DNA of 63,969 bases, counting the filler, from Catajapyx aquilonaris (lineage: Eukaryota), in NCBI GenBank assembly GCA_000934665.2. It is 2 parts of 2 records of this genome, joined end to end, with 100 filler letters (N's around TTAATTAATTAA, not from the genome) between each part and the next. Parts side by side here need not be neighbours in the genome. Positions count along the whole stretch, not along the records: positions 1 to 31,978 come from JYFJ02004462.1; 1 more part is not named here. The stretch is one strand, 5' to 3'. This document shows positions 21,201 to 32,078 of this stretch, one piece after another. Made by a program: the position numbers and the translations under genes. The stretch's first letter is position 1. Each line of letters starts with the position of its first letter. Under the pieces are notes generated by a model. It did no database searches. It saw nothing but the letters and a program-made list of their open reading frames with translations, and had not been told where the DNA came from.

Positions 21201-24200
21201 GGAGCGAGTGGCTCATATGGCCAAGAAGCTCGGTACGTTAACAGTTCGCAAAATTTGTAACAAATGTGTTGACTATCGTTTCATCCAGAATCTGCAAAGA
21301 AGAGCTTGACGCAAGCGAAGAAAGCGGACGATGCCCACTTGGAGGACATTGCCGTTCTGCAGAAAGAGCTGGACGAAGTGGAGCTGAAGAAGGCGGAGTA
21401 CGAGGAGCAAGTAGCCGGAGAGAGCCAGTCGCAAGGAAGAGACGTGCAGTTAGAAGAAGCGCAGGTGAGTGTTTCGTCTGATCGAATCGTGCCGAATGTT
21501 AACGTCTCGCTCTCTCTCGACAGGTGAAGGAATATAACGATCTGAAGGAACAGGCTGGGAAGCTCTCGGCTCGGTTCCTGCAGGATCTGGATTCGATCAA
21601 CCGGGAGCAGAAGTCGGATCAGGATCGCCTTGATAACGAGATGCGGGTGAAGAGCGAGGTCGAGAACAAGCTGAAGCAGAAGGGACACGAGTTGGAAGAG
21701 GCGCAGAAGCGGAGGGAGAAGCTGGCCGAACATATCCGGACGAGCGAGAACGCATTGGAGGAGCAGGTTCGGATGCGGCAGGAGCTACAAGGCGACGTGG
21801 TGTCGTCGAAACAGCGGATTCAGGAGCTGCAGGGCGAACTAGATCAGGTCGTACAGCAGCTGGGCGACGCTCGAGTCGACAAGCATGAGGATTCGAGGAG
21901 GAAGAAGAAGCAGGAGATCGTCGAAAACTTCAAGCGGCTCTTTCCGGGAGTGGTAAGTTCGGATGGCGTAAACACAAGCGATGTCATAATTTCGCAATTT
22001 CCCAGTACGACCGGATGATCAACATGTGCCAGCCGATCCACAAGCGGTACAACGTCGCCATTACGAAAGTGCTGGGAAAGTACATGGAAGCCATCGTCGT
22101 GGACCAGGAAAAGACGGCTAGGGACTGCATCCAGTTTCTCAAGGAGCAGATGCTGGAGCCGGAGACGTTCCTGCCGCTAGATTACATACAGGCAAAGCCG
22201 CTGAAGGAGCGACTCAGGTATGTACAAATTCGCCATGAAGTTGATCCCGTAAAGCTGATGTGTTTCAACGCAGGAATACGAGGGATCCGAAGAACGTTAA
22301 GCTGCTTTACGACGTGCTTCAGTACGACCCTCCCGATATCAAACGGGCCGTGCTATTTGCGACCAACAACGCGTTGGTTTGCGAGATGCCAGAAGATGCG
22401 ATGAAAGTCGCTTACGAAATGGAGGACGGGCACAGATATGATGCAAGTGTTGCGCACAATTTCGATAGCGAATTGTTACCTAACCCGAATGCAATTTCAG
22501 GCCGTTGCGCTCGACGGGACTTTTTACCAGAAGTCCGGGATTATATCCGGCGGCAGTTTGGATCTGGCTCGAAAGGCGAAACGTTGGGATGAGAAGCATC
22601 TGAGTCAACTGAAGCAAACAAAGGTGCGCAATTGACCCGTCAAAACTAATTATGATCAGTTGTAATCAGCGGAACGTATTGTTTTGCAGGAAAAACTGAG
22701 CGAAGAGCTGCGCGACTCCATGAAGAAGTCGCGAAAGGAATCCGAGTTGAACACGGTCGAATCGCAGATTCGTGGCCTAGAAACTCGGCTGAAGTACTCC
22801 AAGAGTGATCGAGACAACACTGTAAGTACCGCAGATTTAACCGTGGCGGACACTTGAACTTAATTGCGATTTTTTTACGCAGGCAAAGCAAATCCACCAA
22901 CTACAGCAGGAAATCGAGAACTTGGAAGAGCAGTTGCGTCAGTACGATGTGAGTTATTTAATGCACCGTGTTTTAGTTGGCTGTGTAATTACTTGTACTT
23001 TCGTTAGCCTCAGATGGCTAAAATAGAGGAGGTGATGCGCCAGCGGGATTTGCGGATCCAGGACGTGAAGGGTCGGATGAACAACGTGGAGGACGAGGTT
23101 TTTGCAAACTTCTGCACGCAGATTGGAGTCGCCAATATCCGGCAGTACGAGGAGCGTGAACTAAGGTGAGTGCGGACAACTACGGTGCCCACATTCACTG
23201 AATTGATTATCCCGCAGGACGCAACAAGAGAGGGCGAAGAAGCGATTGGAGTTCGAGCACCAGAAGAATCGGATTCTGAATCAGCTTGAGTTCGAACGAT
23301 CCAGGAATACAAGCAGTAAGTCATTGTTGTCGTTGGTTTATTTAGTTGATTATGTTTAAACTTCCCCGACCAGACAATGTCGGGCGTTGGGAACGTGCGG
23401 TGCATGACGACGAGGAAGAGCTGGAGCAATGCAAGCTTGCGGAGACGAAGCAGATGAGCGAGATCGATCAGGACATGCGGGAGATGGACCGACTCAAGTC
23501 GGAGAGGCTGACCCGCAACAACGAGATCAAGGCGATGGACGAGGAGATTGCGAAGGCCAGGAGAGAGGTTGGGAACATCGCGAAGGAGATTCAGGCCGTC
23601 GAGAAGCAGATGGCATCGTTGGAAAGCAAGGTCGAGCAGAAGAGGAACGACAGACATTCGGTCCTCAAGCAATGCAAGGTCAGAGTTACTCGTCTTGCGT
23701 TAGTTTCTGAATGTACGCGATGTAAACAATGTCTAATTTTTACAGATGGAGGACATTGTAATTCCGATGACCCGAGGAAACATGGAGGACATAGAGCACG
23801 ATACGACAATGGAGTCTCAGTCGGATGGAAACAAAAGTCAAGGCTCGCAGTCCAGTTACGATCGGGAAAGCAGGTAACGTTTTTGGCGACCAAAAGTTTC
23901 GAGCGAACTTGTAATAATTGCGTTTGTCCGCACTGCAGGATAGTGATAGACTACCTGGCCTTGTCGGACAACCTGAAGGATTTAGACGACGGCGATGAAG
24001 TCAAGAAGATGGGCGACAGGTTGACGCGATTCATATCCGATCTCCAGCATACGATTCAGAAGATACAGGCTCCGAATATGCGGGTCAGTTTTTTTATTTT
24101 GGAAATTTGCTGAATCTCGATAATGGAACATGTGCTGTTTTTCCAGGCTATGCAAAAGCTGGATCTTGCCCGCGAGAAGCTGCATGAGACCAACGAGGAG

Positions 24201-25014
24201 TTCGATCATGCTCGAAAGCAAGCCAAGAAGGCGAAGCAGAATTTCGAGAGGATTAAGAAGGAGAGGCACGACAGGTTCATCAAGTGCTTCGATCATGTTG
24301 CGACCGAGATTGACGGCATTTACAAGGTATGTCGAATTGTGATACGTATCGGGTACGTTGTTCTTCACTTGATCTTTCCCGCAGTCGTTAGCCAAGAACC
24401 AATCAGCGCAGGCGTTCCTGGGTCCAGAGAATCCGGAAGAGCCGTATCTGGATGGGATCAACTACAATTGCGTCGCTCCCGGAAAGAGATTCCAGCCAAT
24501 GTCCAACTTGTCCGGAGGGGAGAAGACAGTCGCTGCTCTTGCACTACTCTTCGCAGTTCACAGGTACCGCGGCCGTCCTTTTTTTAAAAAAAATTCAAAT
24601 TTTAATTAAATCTGATTTCCGCAGCTACCAGCCGGCGCCTTTCTTCGTCTTGGATGAGATCGACGCAGCTTTGGACAACACAAACATCGGAAAGGTGGCC
24701 AGCTACATTTGCGACAAGACGTCTTCGCTTCAGATAATCGTTATCTCGCTGAAGGAGGAATTTTACAGCTATGCCGATGCCCTGATTGGAATTTGCCCCG
24801 ATGTAAGTGCGCAGCTTTGTTCTATCATTCTATAGAAGCAGTTTTTTAATGTTGACGGTTTTTTTGTTTACAGCCCGGGGAATGCCTGGTGAGCAAGGTT
24901 CTCACGATGAATCTGACGGACCATGCGTCGCATTTGCCCCAACCGTCTCAACCGATAATCATGTCTCAGTCGCAGATCATGTCGCAGTCCATGTCTCACT
25001 CGCAGACGCAGTGA
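18259..25014 (+). CDS. SMC1: Structural maintenance of chromosomes 1 (cohesin ATPase), 21 coding exons
   Basis: Exon 1 is 18259-18370 (ENFKSY...GPNGSG), exon 2 starts at 20233 ([11 protein letters not shown]) and the last exon is 24874-25014. Motifs [15 protein letters not shown], hinge [23 protein letters not shown], signature LSGGEK, Walker [13 protein letters not shown] and IVISLK. The frame is continuous across all introns. Confidence 0.97.
18680..18980. repeat. Three degenerate ~80-95-nt direct repeats upstream of the THAP ORF
   Basis: Shared core agcg.atgt..caagtgtac....tttaattagtcgtta at ~18680-18776, 18831-18909 and 18910-18980. Confidence 0.8.
19205..19876 (+). CDS. THAP-domain zinc-finger protein (223 aa, single-exon ORF) nested in SMC1 intron 1; probably transposase-derived
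   Basis: C-x4-C...FFSFP...W...RVCSDHF...LK..AVP THAP signature, followed by an acidic linker and a C-terminal coiled coil. No DDE domain lies in frame. Confidence 0.88.
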   Translation: MSTCAMSTCRNTLRNTRNTRKVSFFSFPSDPKVQKIWIARCKKKGPLNVRSARVCSDHFEESDFERSMMHELMNEAPRRRTLKMEAVPKKDVNSAPSVRDQRVYKRNVLKRAFERLAKLSPKHSQEDDETQHVDAFAVDDDNAFAVDDDNAYDSYTACAADNDMISDNTTNDADSKRIEDLTNELQATKKLLHESQSQVQVLRKQRDNWKEKYYKLLRERARK

Positions 25015-25343
25015 AAATCATTTGTTTGGTTCAGTATAATTTCAAGACATATTTTTTTGAACATTTACAAGTACTAATTAAGTGCAATTTAAAAAAAAAA
25101 CGTTTACCTGATTATGCAGATCTTAATTTTGTAGCATTGCAGTACATGACTATTTATGTGGCTCTTCAAGTTTTTTTAAATGTATGTTTTGACAAACTGT
25201 CATTATTGTGTGTATCAGTAATTAAACAAGTAAGTAATTACTCGCTGCAATACTTTGGATCCCCTCGTTTACGTCAACGGATTTTTTTTTTGCCAAACTT
25301 ATTAATTTTAGCAAGTTGCGCAAACGTAAATTAAGTTAAACTC

Positions 25344-25650
25344 ACAAATCATGTTTCCGAGATTTAATATTCGTTTCATTGAAGTGAAGTCCACTCACAT
25401 GAATTAGGAAATTAATTTTAATTAATGATTTGCGTGCGCCTAAATTACGGTCAGCTCCTCAAATAATATTTCCGCAATTTATATTCGGGGCATCGAAATC
25501 CGGAAAATTTTTGACAAACATTAATTTGGGAAATTAATGATTTGTGTTGGCCTAGCAAATCATGTTTCCGCAAAATATTCGGAGCATCGAAGCGAAGTCC
25601 GGATAAATTTCTTGACGAAAAATATTAATTTGCGTTAATGATTGTGTGAA
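25344..25650. repeat. About three degenerate ~100-nt direct repeats between SMC1 and the MATH-BTB gene
   Basis: Recurring aaatcatgtttccg, atattcgg.gcatcgaa, tccgga.aa and ttaatgattt blocks. Confidence 0.7.
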
Positions 25651-25889
25651 CCGAAAGGTAAACTTTTCTCTACTGTTAACGCAACCTGGCCCCGAAATAT
25701 CCGACATTAGGCTACTGAAATAGATATTGGGCACCATTTGATTTGTACGCTGTATACACATTGCTTCTGATAAAAAGAAAAGACAAGTTGTAAAATGTCA
25801 GATTATCATTTCTAAAGATAGCGACCTACAAACAGTGATGAAACACCTTTGCTGCGATAAGAGTGGCAACGGCTTTTGTCAGTTAGACA

Positions 25890-27127
25890 ATGGAAGTGAG
25901 GCAAGTGGATTTCCGATGGGAAATTCCGTCGTTTTCAGCTCGTTCTGAATCCGTCGGAGAGTACTTGGAGTCCTCGAGATTCCCTGCGAGTAAGGACGAA
26001 GCGCAGTGGTACTTGGAAGTGTATCCGCATGGAGACGAACCTGAAAATCAAGGATGGCTGTCCTTCCATTTGCGTCTTGAGTCGTCGCCGTTTGGAGAGG
26101 AGCGGGTGAACTTCAAGCTGGAGCTTCGGAACCAATCGGGCGAAACACTGAAGAAATGCGCCTCGGAAGACTTCACCCTGTTGCAAGCCTCAGGACCGAA
26201 CGGACTCGGATCAGGACGACTAATTTCTCGAGAGTTTCTAATGGACAGACCATTGGGACGGAAACTTCCTGGAGATTTGCTGATTTTAGTCTGCAGCCTG
26301 TCCATAGTTCAACAACATAAAGTGAGTTTGCGGCGATGCGACAATGCATGTTATGTTAATTCGTTTCTTCGTAGGTTCCTCCGGTTGTGCCGCCTCGCAC
26401 CAACAAAGTTTCAGAGCATGACTTGTCCGAGGTCATGTTGCGTCTGTTTCAGCGACAGGATAACTTCAGCGATGTCGTTCTGAGAGCAGGGAAGCGACTT
26501 TTTCATGCCCACAAGGCGGTTCTGGCTAACCGAAGCCCCACGTTTGCTGCAATGTTCAGAAGCAACATGATGACCGCAATCGGAGAGCGGATGGTGGCTG
26601 AAATAAAAATAGCTGACGTTTCGGAAGAAGCGATGGAGCAGGTCTTGCGATATATCTACACAAACAAATGCTCTAAAACGCAAGCTGCTGAACTTGTACG
26701 AGTCGCTCAAAGGTACGATGCACATGTAAAAATCGTAATGCGTAAATATTCCGCAACTGTTTGCTGTAGGTACGGCTTGGATGGACTTCAGCTTGAATGC
26801 GAGTCGCACCTTGCGACGGGCTTGAATGTCGACAACGCATGCGACATGTACTTGCTGGCATGCCGATGCAAAGCGGCTCACCTGGAAAAGATGGCTGTCA
26901 CTTTCATACACAAGAACGTCAGACAAGTCATTCGGACTGTCGGTTGGCAGAACCTGCTGAGATCAGGGTCCGACGATGGGATCGGACATCTCGTGGAGAC
27001 ATTATTGAGCTTGAAGGTGGACGACGAGCCGAAGGTTACTCAGCCGACTGCTCAGCCTCTTCAGGATAAAGACACGGGTGCGAAGGTTTTAGTGAAGCAG
27101 CCGTGGCGTGGCGACAGTGGCGTGTAA
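25890..27127 (+). CDS. Divergent SPOP/roadkill-like MATH-BTB-BACK protein (~375 aa), a likely Cul3 adaptor
   Basis: Exons 25890-26321, 26375-26712 and 26770-27127. MATH: FRWEIPSFS, WYLEVYPHG, DLLILVCSL. BTB: FSDVVL..G...F.AHKAVLA.RSP.F.AMF, LRYIYT. BACK: LNVDNACD..LLA. An acceptor just before the ATG suggests an upstream exon. Confidence 0.9.
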
Positions 27128-28949
27128 GAATTTTTTGATTGTCTTTATGTCGTTTTTTTTTTACAACAGAACTTGATTACACTAGTGGAATACTTTCCCA
27201 TTTATTTATACCTGCGGCAATCTCTTGTCAGTCACACCTGTGCTGCTATTTTTGCGCTATCAGGATTGGCCTTGCATGTTATGATTTCTGATGGCTGATC
27301 AATCAACTCACAATTCTTCCTGTTTTTTTTTTTGTGACCGCAGGTGCATTGTTGTCAACAACTGTCCTTGTATAACAATTTTTTTGAATAAAACGTTGGT
27401 GCAAAACGACATGTTTGGATCGGTGTGGTAATAAAAAAACATAGGTAAGTAAAATCACACTTTTAATACTGTATAACAATACGCGACGTATTTACAAAGT
27501 ACGCTTCAGTCCTACGATTAAATGATATTGCAACGTCTGTATACAATGTATATTAATCTGAATGCAATAGTGGTTCTCACATAATCAACTTTGCGGAAAA
27601 AAATTGTGTTCATCCCAGGAATGAAGTACCCGGATGACTCATGCAGTCTTATCATTACGCAGGTCTCGGAAATGCAAAAAAAAAAAATCCAGCTGGCAGG
27701 AATATGAAAATTGCATTAGTATATGCACTGGCTTTACAAAATATTAATAACATCAATACTTACTCCGGCAGTGGCCATGCAGATTTTCACGTCCGGTCGA
27801 CACTCGCGTAGTAATATCTGCGGAGGAAAATATTAAATGTAAATATATACGGTCATAAATAAGTCGTACCCATGTGTAATTGCGGTATTGACCTTGCTGC
27901 GGTTATTTCAAAGAGTCGACGTAACCTTGCACATGCAGCATACATTTAATATTGATCACTTATTCATTCATTTTTATGAAATTATTCAACTCCTTACAAG
28001 TATGCAGCACTGAATAATTTGAGGTAATTTTTTTTGCAAACATGTGAGTCCACTATTTTTAGCAACCAGGAAATTGCAACTTCAGGGATATTTATAAATT
28101 CTCTAGTGTGCACACCCAGACATCTCTCTTAAAAACATATACTGAACTACCAATCAAGTGATTGTTCAGTCCAGCAACCTGCTAATTGATTGATTGATAA
28201 TTTTGGGTCAAAACAATTATTGTTAATATTTCCTGGATGCTATTGACACTTTTTTTTCCCCCCTCCCCAGGCTATCTTGGGTATGACCTTAAGTGACCTG
28301 TATTTTGCAGGGTGAGTCATGCAGACTTATTGATCACAGGGTGTGACAAATTGGGGCATTGCCACCAGGTTGGGTGGGTAGACTTTAAAAATAAAAGGAG
28401 AAGCGGGGGCGGTGCACGAGTAATTACTACAACCGGATCGGTTGTCTTATAATGATGATGGAAGTTCATGAAATAATTCAGCATTTTATTATGGGTAATA
28501 ATAGTCGCTGATTTCTTGAATTTTTACCGGTACAAAATGAGTCATAAGTTGTTTTTTTCCCTCCCCTTTTTGACCGCGTCACACCCCCGCTTTCCTGATC
28601 GGTTTTTTATGCTAACATTGGGCACGAAGGTCACGTTTGCAAAATATGCTGAGCATATAAAGGATGGGGTCCGGTTTTCGCATAAAACGCGTACACACAC
28701 ATTATTTGACCTAAAAAAAAATGTACAGACAAGTGCAAGTGACGTAAGCACGTGTGTCACACACAACGAAAAGTGGGAAGTGTGTCTGTTTAACGAGTGT
28801 TTCAGAATTGAGCACACAGTCATATCTCTGATAATATTCGCCTTCAACGTTTGCCCTAGGGATTAATCTCTTAAATGACAAGTTTGCTTTTAAACTTAAA
28901 TTTTAATTTAAACACGTGCGCTTGTGCAACAAAAAAAAAGCTTACAGAA

Positions 28950-29620
28950 AGCATAAAATTTTCCTTCAAAATCATCACATTTACAAATAATCAAACTAAT
29001 AAAAATCATAAATCATGTAAACGATCAGAAATTACGACGATAATGAAATCAAAACATTTAAAGCGTCAAATTCAAATCAAAACAATAATAATAATCATGA
29101 ACGAAATCATCAAATTCCAAATCGCCAAATTTTCATTCAAAGCATCGCATTCAAATCATCAAATCATGAGCAAATCGTTCAAATTATCATATTCAAATCA
29201 AATCTTAATCGTGATGAAATAGTCATTAAAATCATTAAATCCCACATTTTACTTCAAAGCATCACTTTCAATTCATCAAATCAATCATAATCAGATCGTT
29301 TAAATTATCATATTCAAATCAAAACAATCTTAATCGTGATGAAATCGTCATTAAAATCATTAAATCCCAAATCGCCACATTTCCCTTCAAAGCATCACTT
29401 TCAATTCATCAAATCAATCGCGATTTGAAATCGTCAATAAAATCATTAAATCCCACATAGTCACATTTTCCTGCCAAGCATCACATTCAAATCATTCGAA
29501 TCATCAATCACAATCGTGATAAGTCATTTAAAACGTCAAATTCATATCATGAAAATAATGATGATGATTCATAATCACGCAAGCAAATCATTCACAATAA
29601 GATGATTCCAATCATCAAAC
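28950..29620. repeat. AAATC-rich degenerate tandem repeat (~120-130-nt period)
   Basis: The anchor ttcaaagcatc recurs at ~29135, 29253 and 29386, with a variant near 29475. The + strand is strongly G-poor. Confidence 0.85.
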
Positions 29621-29680
29621 ATATATTTTCCTCAGGAGATGTCGAAAGCTACATTAACACCTCAGCTCTCTATCTATTAC

Positions 29681-29916
29681 CTTTGCCTTGTGTCGAGGTC
29701 ACTCATTCCGTCCTGTGGTCCTCCTCCTCCTCCGCTGACCAGTATGCTGACCATCTTGTAAGGCAGCAGCCCTGAAAGCAGCACGAGGCCGACCATCATC
29801 CCCATCCTGACTTTGGGGTTGATGAGAAGGTACGTGTCCAGGACCATGATCCTGATGAGGATGAGGTAGAAGGACCTGACCACTGCCATCGCCACTCGTG
29901 CCACCCACTTCCACAT
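29681..29916 (-). CDS. Putative exon of an unknown hydrophobic/membrane protein
   Basis: MWKWVARVAMAVV...MMVGLVLLSGLLPYKMVSILVSGGGGG has strongly G/C-ending codons against AT-rich flanks and ends at a donor-like AAG|GTAAT (29681/29680). Confidence 0.4.
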
Positions 29917-31813
29917 GATCAGGATCAACGAACTGATGGCCGGAGCCCCCAGCACACCAACAGCTGCTTTTGCACGCCCCCGCGCCTCTCTCTCTCTGTC
30001 CTTTTCAAAGGGGAGGGAGGGAGGGGAAAGAAAAAAAAGAGAGAGAGATCCTGCCAACCCACACAACCAAACCCTCCCTTCCCAAAGTCAAATATAGCAG
30101 TGAACCAACCCCTCTACTATACATGGGGATGAAATCATTCACCTTTCCCAGAGCCTTTTCTGCCATCTGCTGTTATGCCTGCTCAAGCTGATGAGGGAGG
30201 GTGGATTTTGTTTTTTTTAAAAAAAGGTGACAGGATATTGGACACGATGGTGTAACATCATCCCCGATTTGACCATACAGCAATAGTTATTGGAAAATGG
30301 ACAAAAATTGCTCCATGAATTACCACTGCCCGACCGATGTGTGTATCAGGAAAAAAAAAGGTCACGCAATAGCCAGTTTTATATAGAATTGTCTAGCCGT
30401 GTCCCTACACGTGACTCATCACCAACGTGCATGTAATTACAGTTGCCACGTTAGGTGGCATGAGTGTGCAGAGGCTGGCGCCGCGTGTCATTTTTTCTCG
30501 TTGAATTCAGACGGACCAAAGCGGCTGTTGAGCTATACATTATGCTGGGTTTTTAATTGTTTTTAAAAAAATAATTGTGTTTTTTTGGAGCTCGGGGGGG
30601 GATTGCAAAATAGTGTTATTGCCACGTTAATTTTCTATAACATTGTAGCGCATGTTACTAAAACATGTATACTATACGTGGGCAGCAGGACACACCTTCG
30701 TATCATATTATTTCTGCATCATAATGCTTCAAATAAAAATACTTATTAGCAAAATAAATAAATCGAGCAATTATTATTATTGTAATTCGAACTTTGCCGC
30801 ACATTACAACTGGACCACTCTCGTCATCTGTTGGCAGGGAAAGGAACTGTGAGCATATTTTCAGACGCGACGAGAGTGGGCCATTGCGCAAGGCATATCC
30901 AGGTGCGCAGTGTAACCAGCGGTAAATTAAAGGACCAGTACAGTTCCAGAAGATTTCTTCAAAAAAAAAGTTTTGTATAAATGCTGTTAGATCGAATTGA
31001 TAATCTAAGAAGTCTATAAGGACATACGGAACATTTACCGTATATTTTTGTCCAAATTTTTAAAGCAGCAAAATTTTGACCCTGCACAGAAAGGGTCTGT
31101 TGCAAAAATGACACATGCTTAAAAATGGTTTCTGCTTCGGTTAGTTGGAAAAGCGAAATTCAAATATTTTCGCATACGTGATGTGGATGGATGACAAATA
31201 ATAATCATTTACATCCCGAGGAAACGAATATTGCTATTTTTGTAAATACTGTAGTTGAAATTAAACGTTTGTATATTTCCAAAACGGAAAGTTATCGTGT
31301 GTTAACAGTCATAACAGGTACAGTAACACATGTGGAGAGTGGGCGGACATCATTAAATACAATTATTCCAATAAGCCTCTCTCTTGCAAAATTCGGATAT
31401 CGGAATGATCAGGAGATTTTATAGATATCCTAAACAGTTGCTCACGTTTCACAACACTCCAAATTAATTCTTGCGCACATTATTAGTCTCTTGTGTCGCA
31501 ATCCACTACGTCTTATGAATTGAATTATTCACAATATCCATTTCGGAATCTGAGGCCAGAGATGGCAAGGTGATATTGTTGCGACACAGAAACGGAAATT
31601 GGCATATACTAGTATATGCCAATTTTGATATTTCAGGTGCAACACCTCTCAGGCACGTGTCCATCCTTGCAATTGCGCAATTTCCGACCACAATTTATGC
31701 CAGTTAACGCGTTCCATGTACCTTTCAGGCGTATGTTTCCACATAGCTGCAATGTACTGTAATTTGCAGTGCGACGTGGATTTCATGATAGTTGAGGCAC
31801 AGAAAGGTTTAGT

Positions 31814-31978
31814 ATGAGACACAACATGGGGGCGATTGCACGCGTGTTTGTGGGGCTAGTCCTGATCAACCTTGGTTTGGAGGGAATGAAGAGCAGTGTG
31901 GTCCTGAGGGAAGACGAGCATCGGGAAGAGGAGGAGGCAGTGGCTCTCCTGGTGAGGGAGATCCTGGGAAGACAAGAC
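31814..31978 (+). CDS. Putative N-terminus of a signal-peptide-bearing protein, cut by the gap
   Basis: MRHNMGAIARVFVGLVLINLGLEG...EEEEAVALLVREILGRQD is open up to the N-run, with coding-like composition. Confidence 0.35.
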
Positions 31979-32078
31979 NNNNNNNNNNNNNNNNNNNNNN
32001 NNNNNNNNNNNNNNNNNNNNNNTTAATTAATTAANNNNNNNNNNNNNNNNNNNNNNNNNNNNNNNNNNNNNNNNNNNN
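31979..32078. other. Artificial assembly linker
   Basis: Exactly 44 N + TTAATTAATTAA (stops in all six frames) + 44 N = 100 nt. Confidence 0.95.

Noticed and set aside
20226..24461. Long antisense ORFs over SMC1 (e.g. 23010-23672), and likewise over CDK1 and the MATH-BTB gene
   Set aside because: Shadow ORFs caused by the codon bias of the sense genes.
30927..31727. Possible TTAA-AGG...CCT-TTCA (Kolobok-like) non-autonomous element
   Set aside because: The ends match only over ~5 nt, so no convincing TIR could be established by eye.
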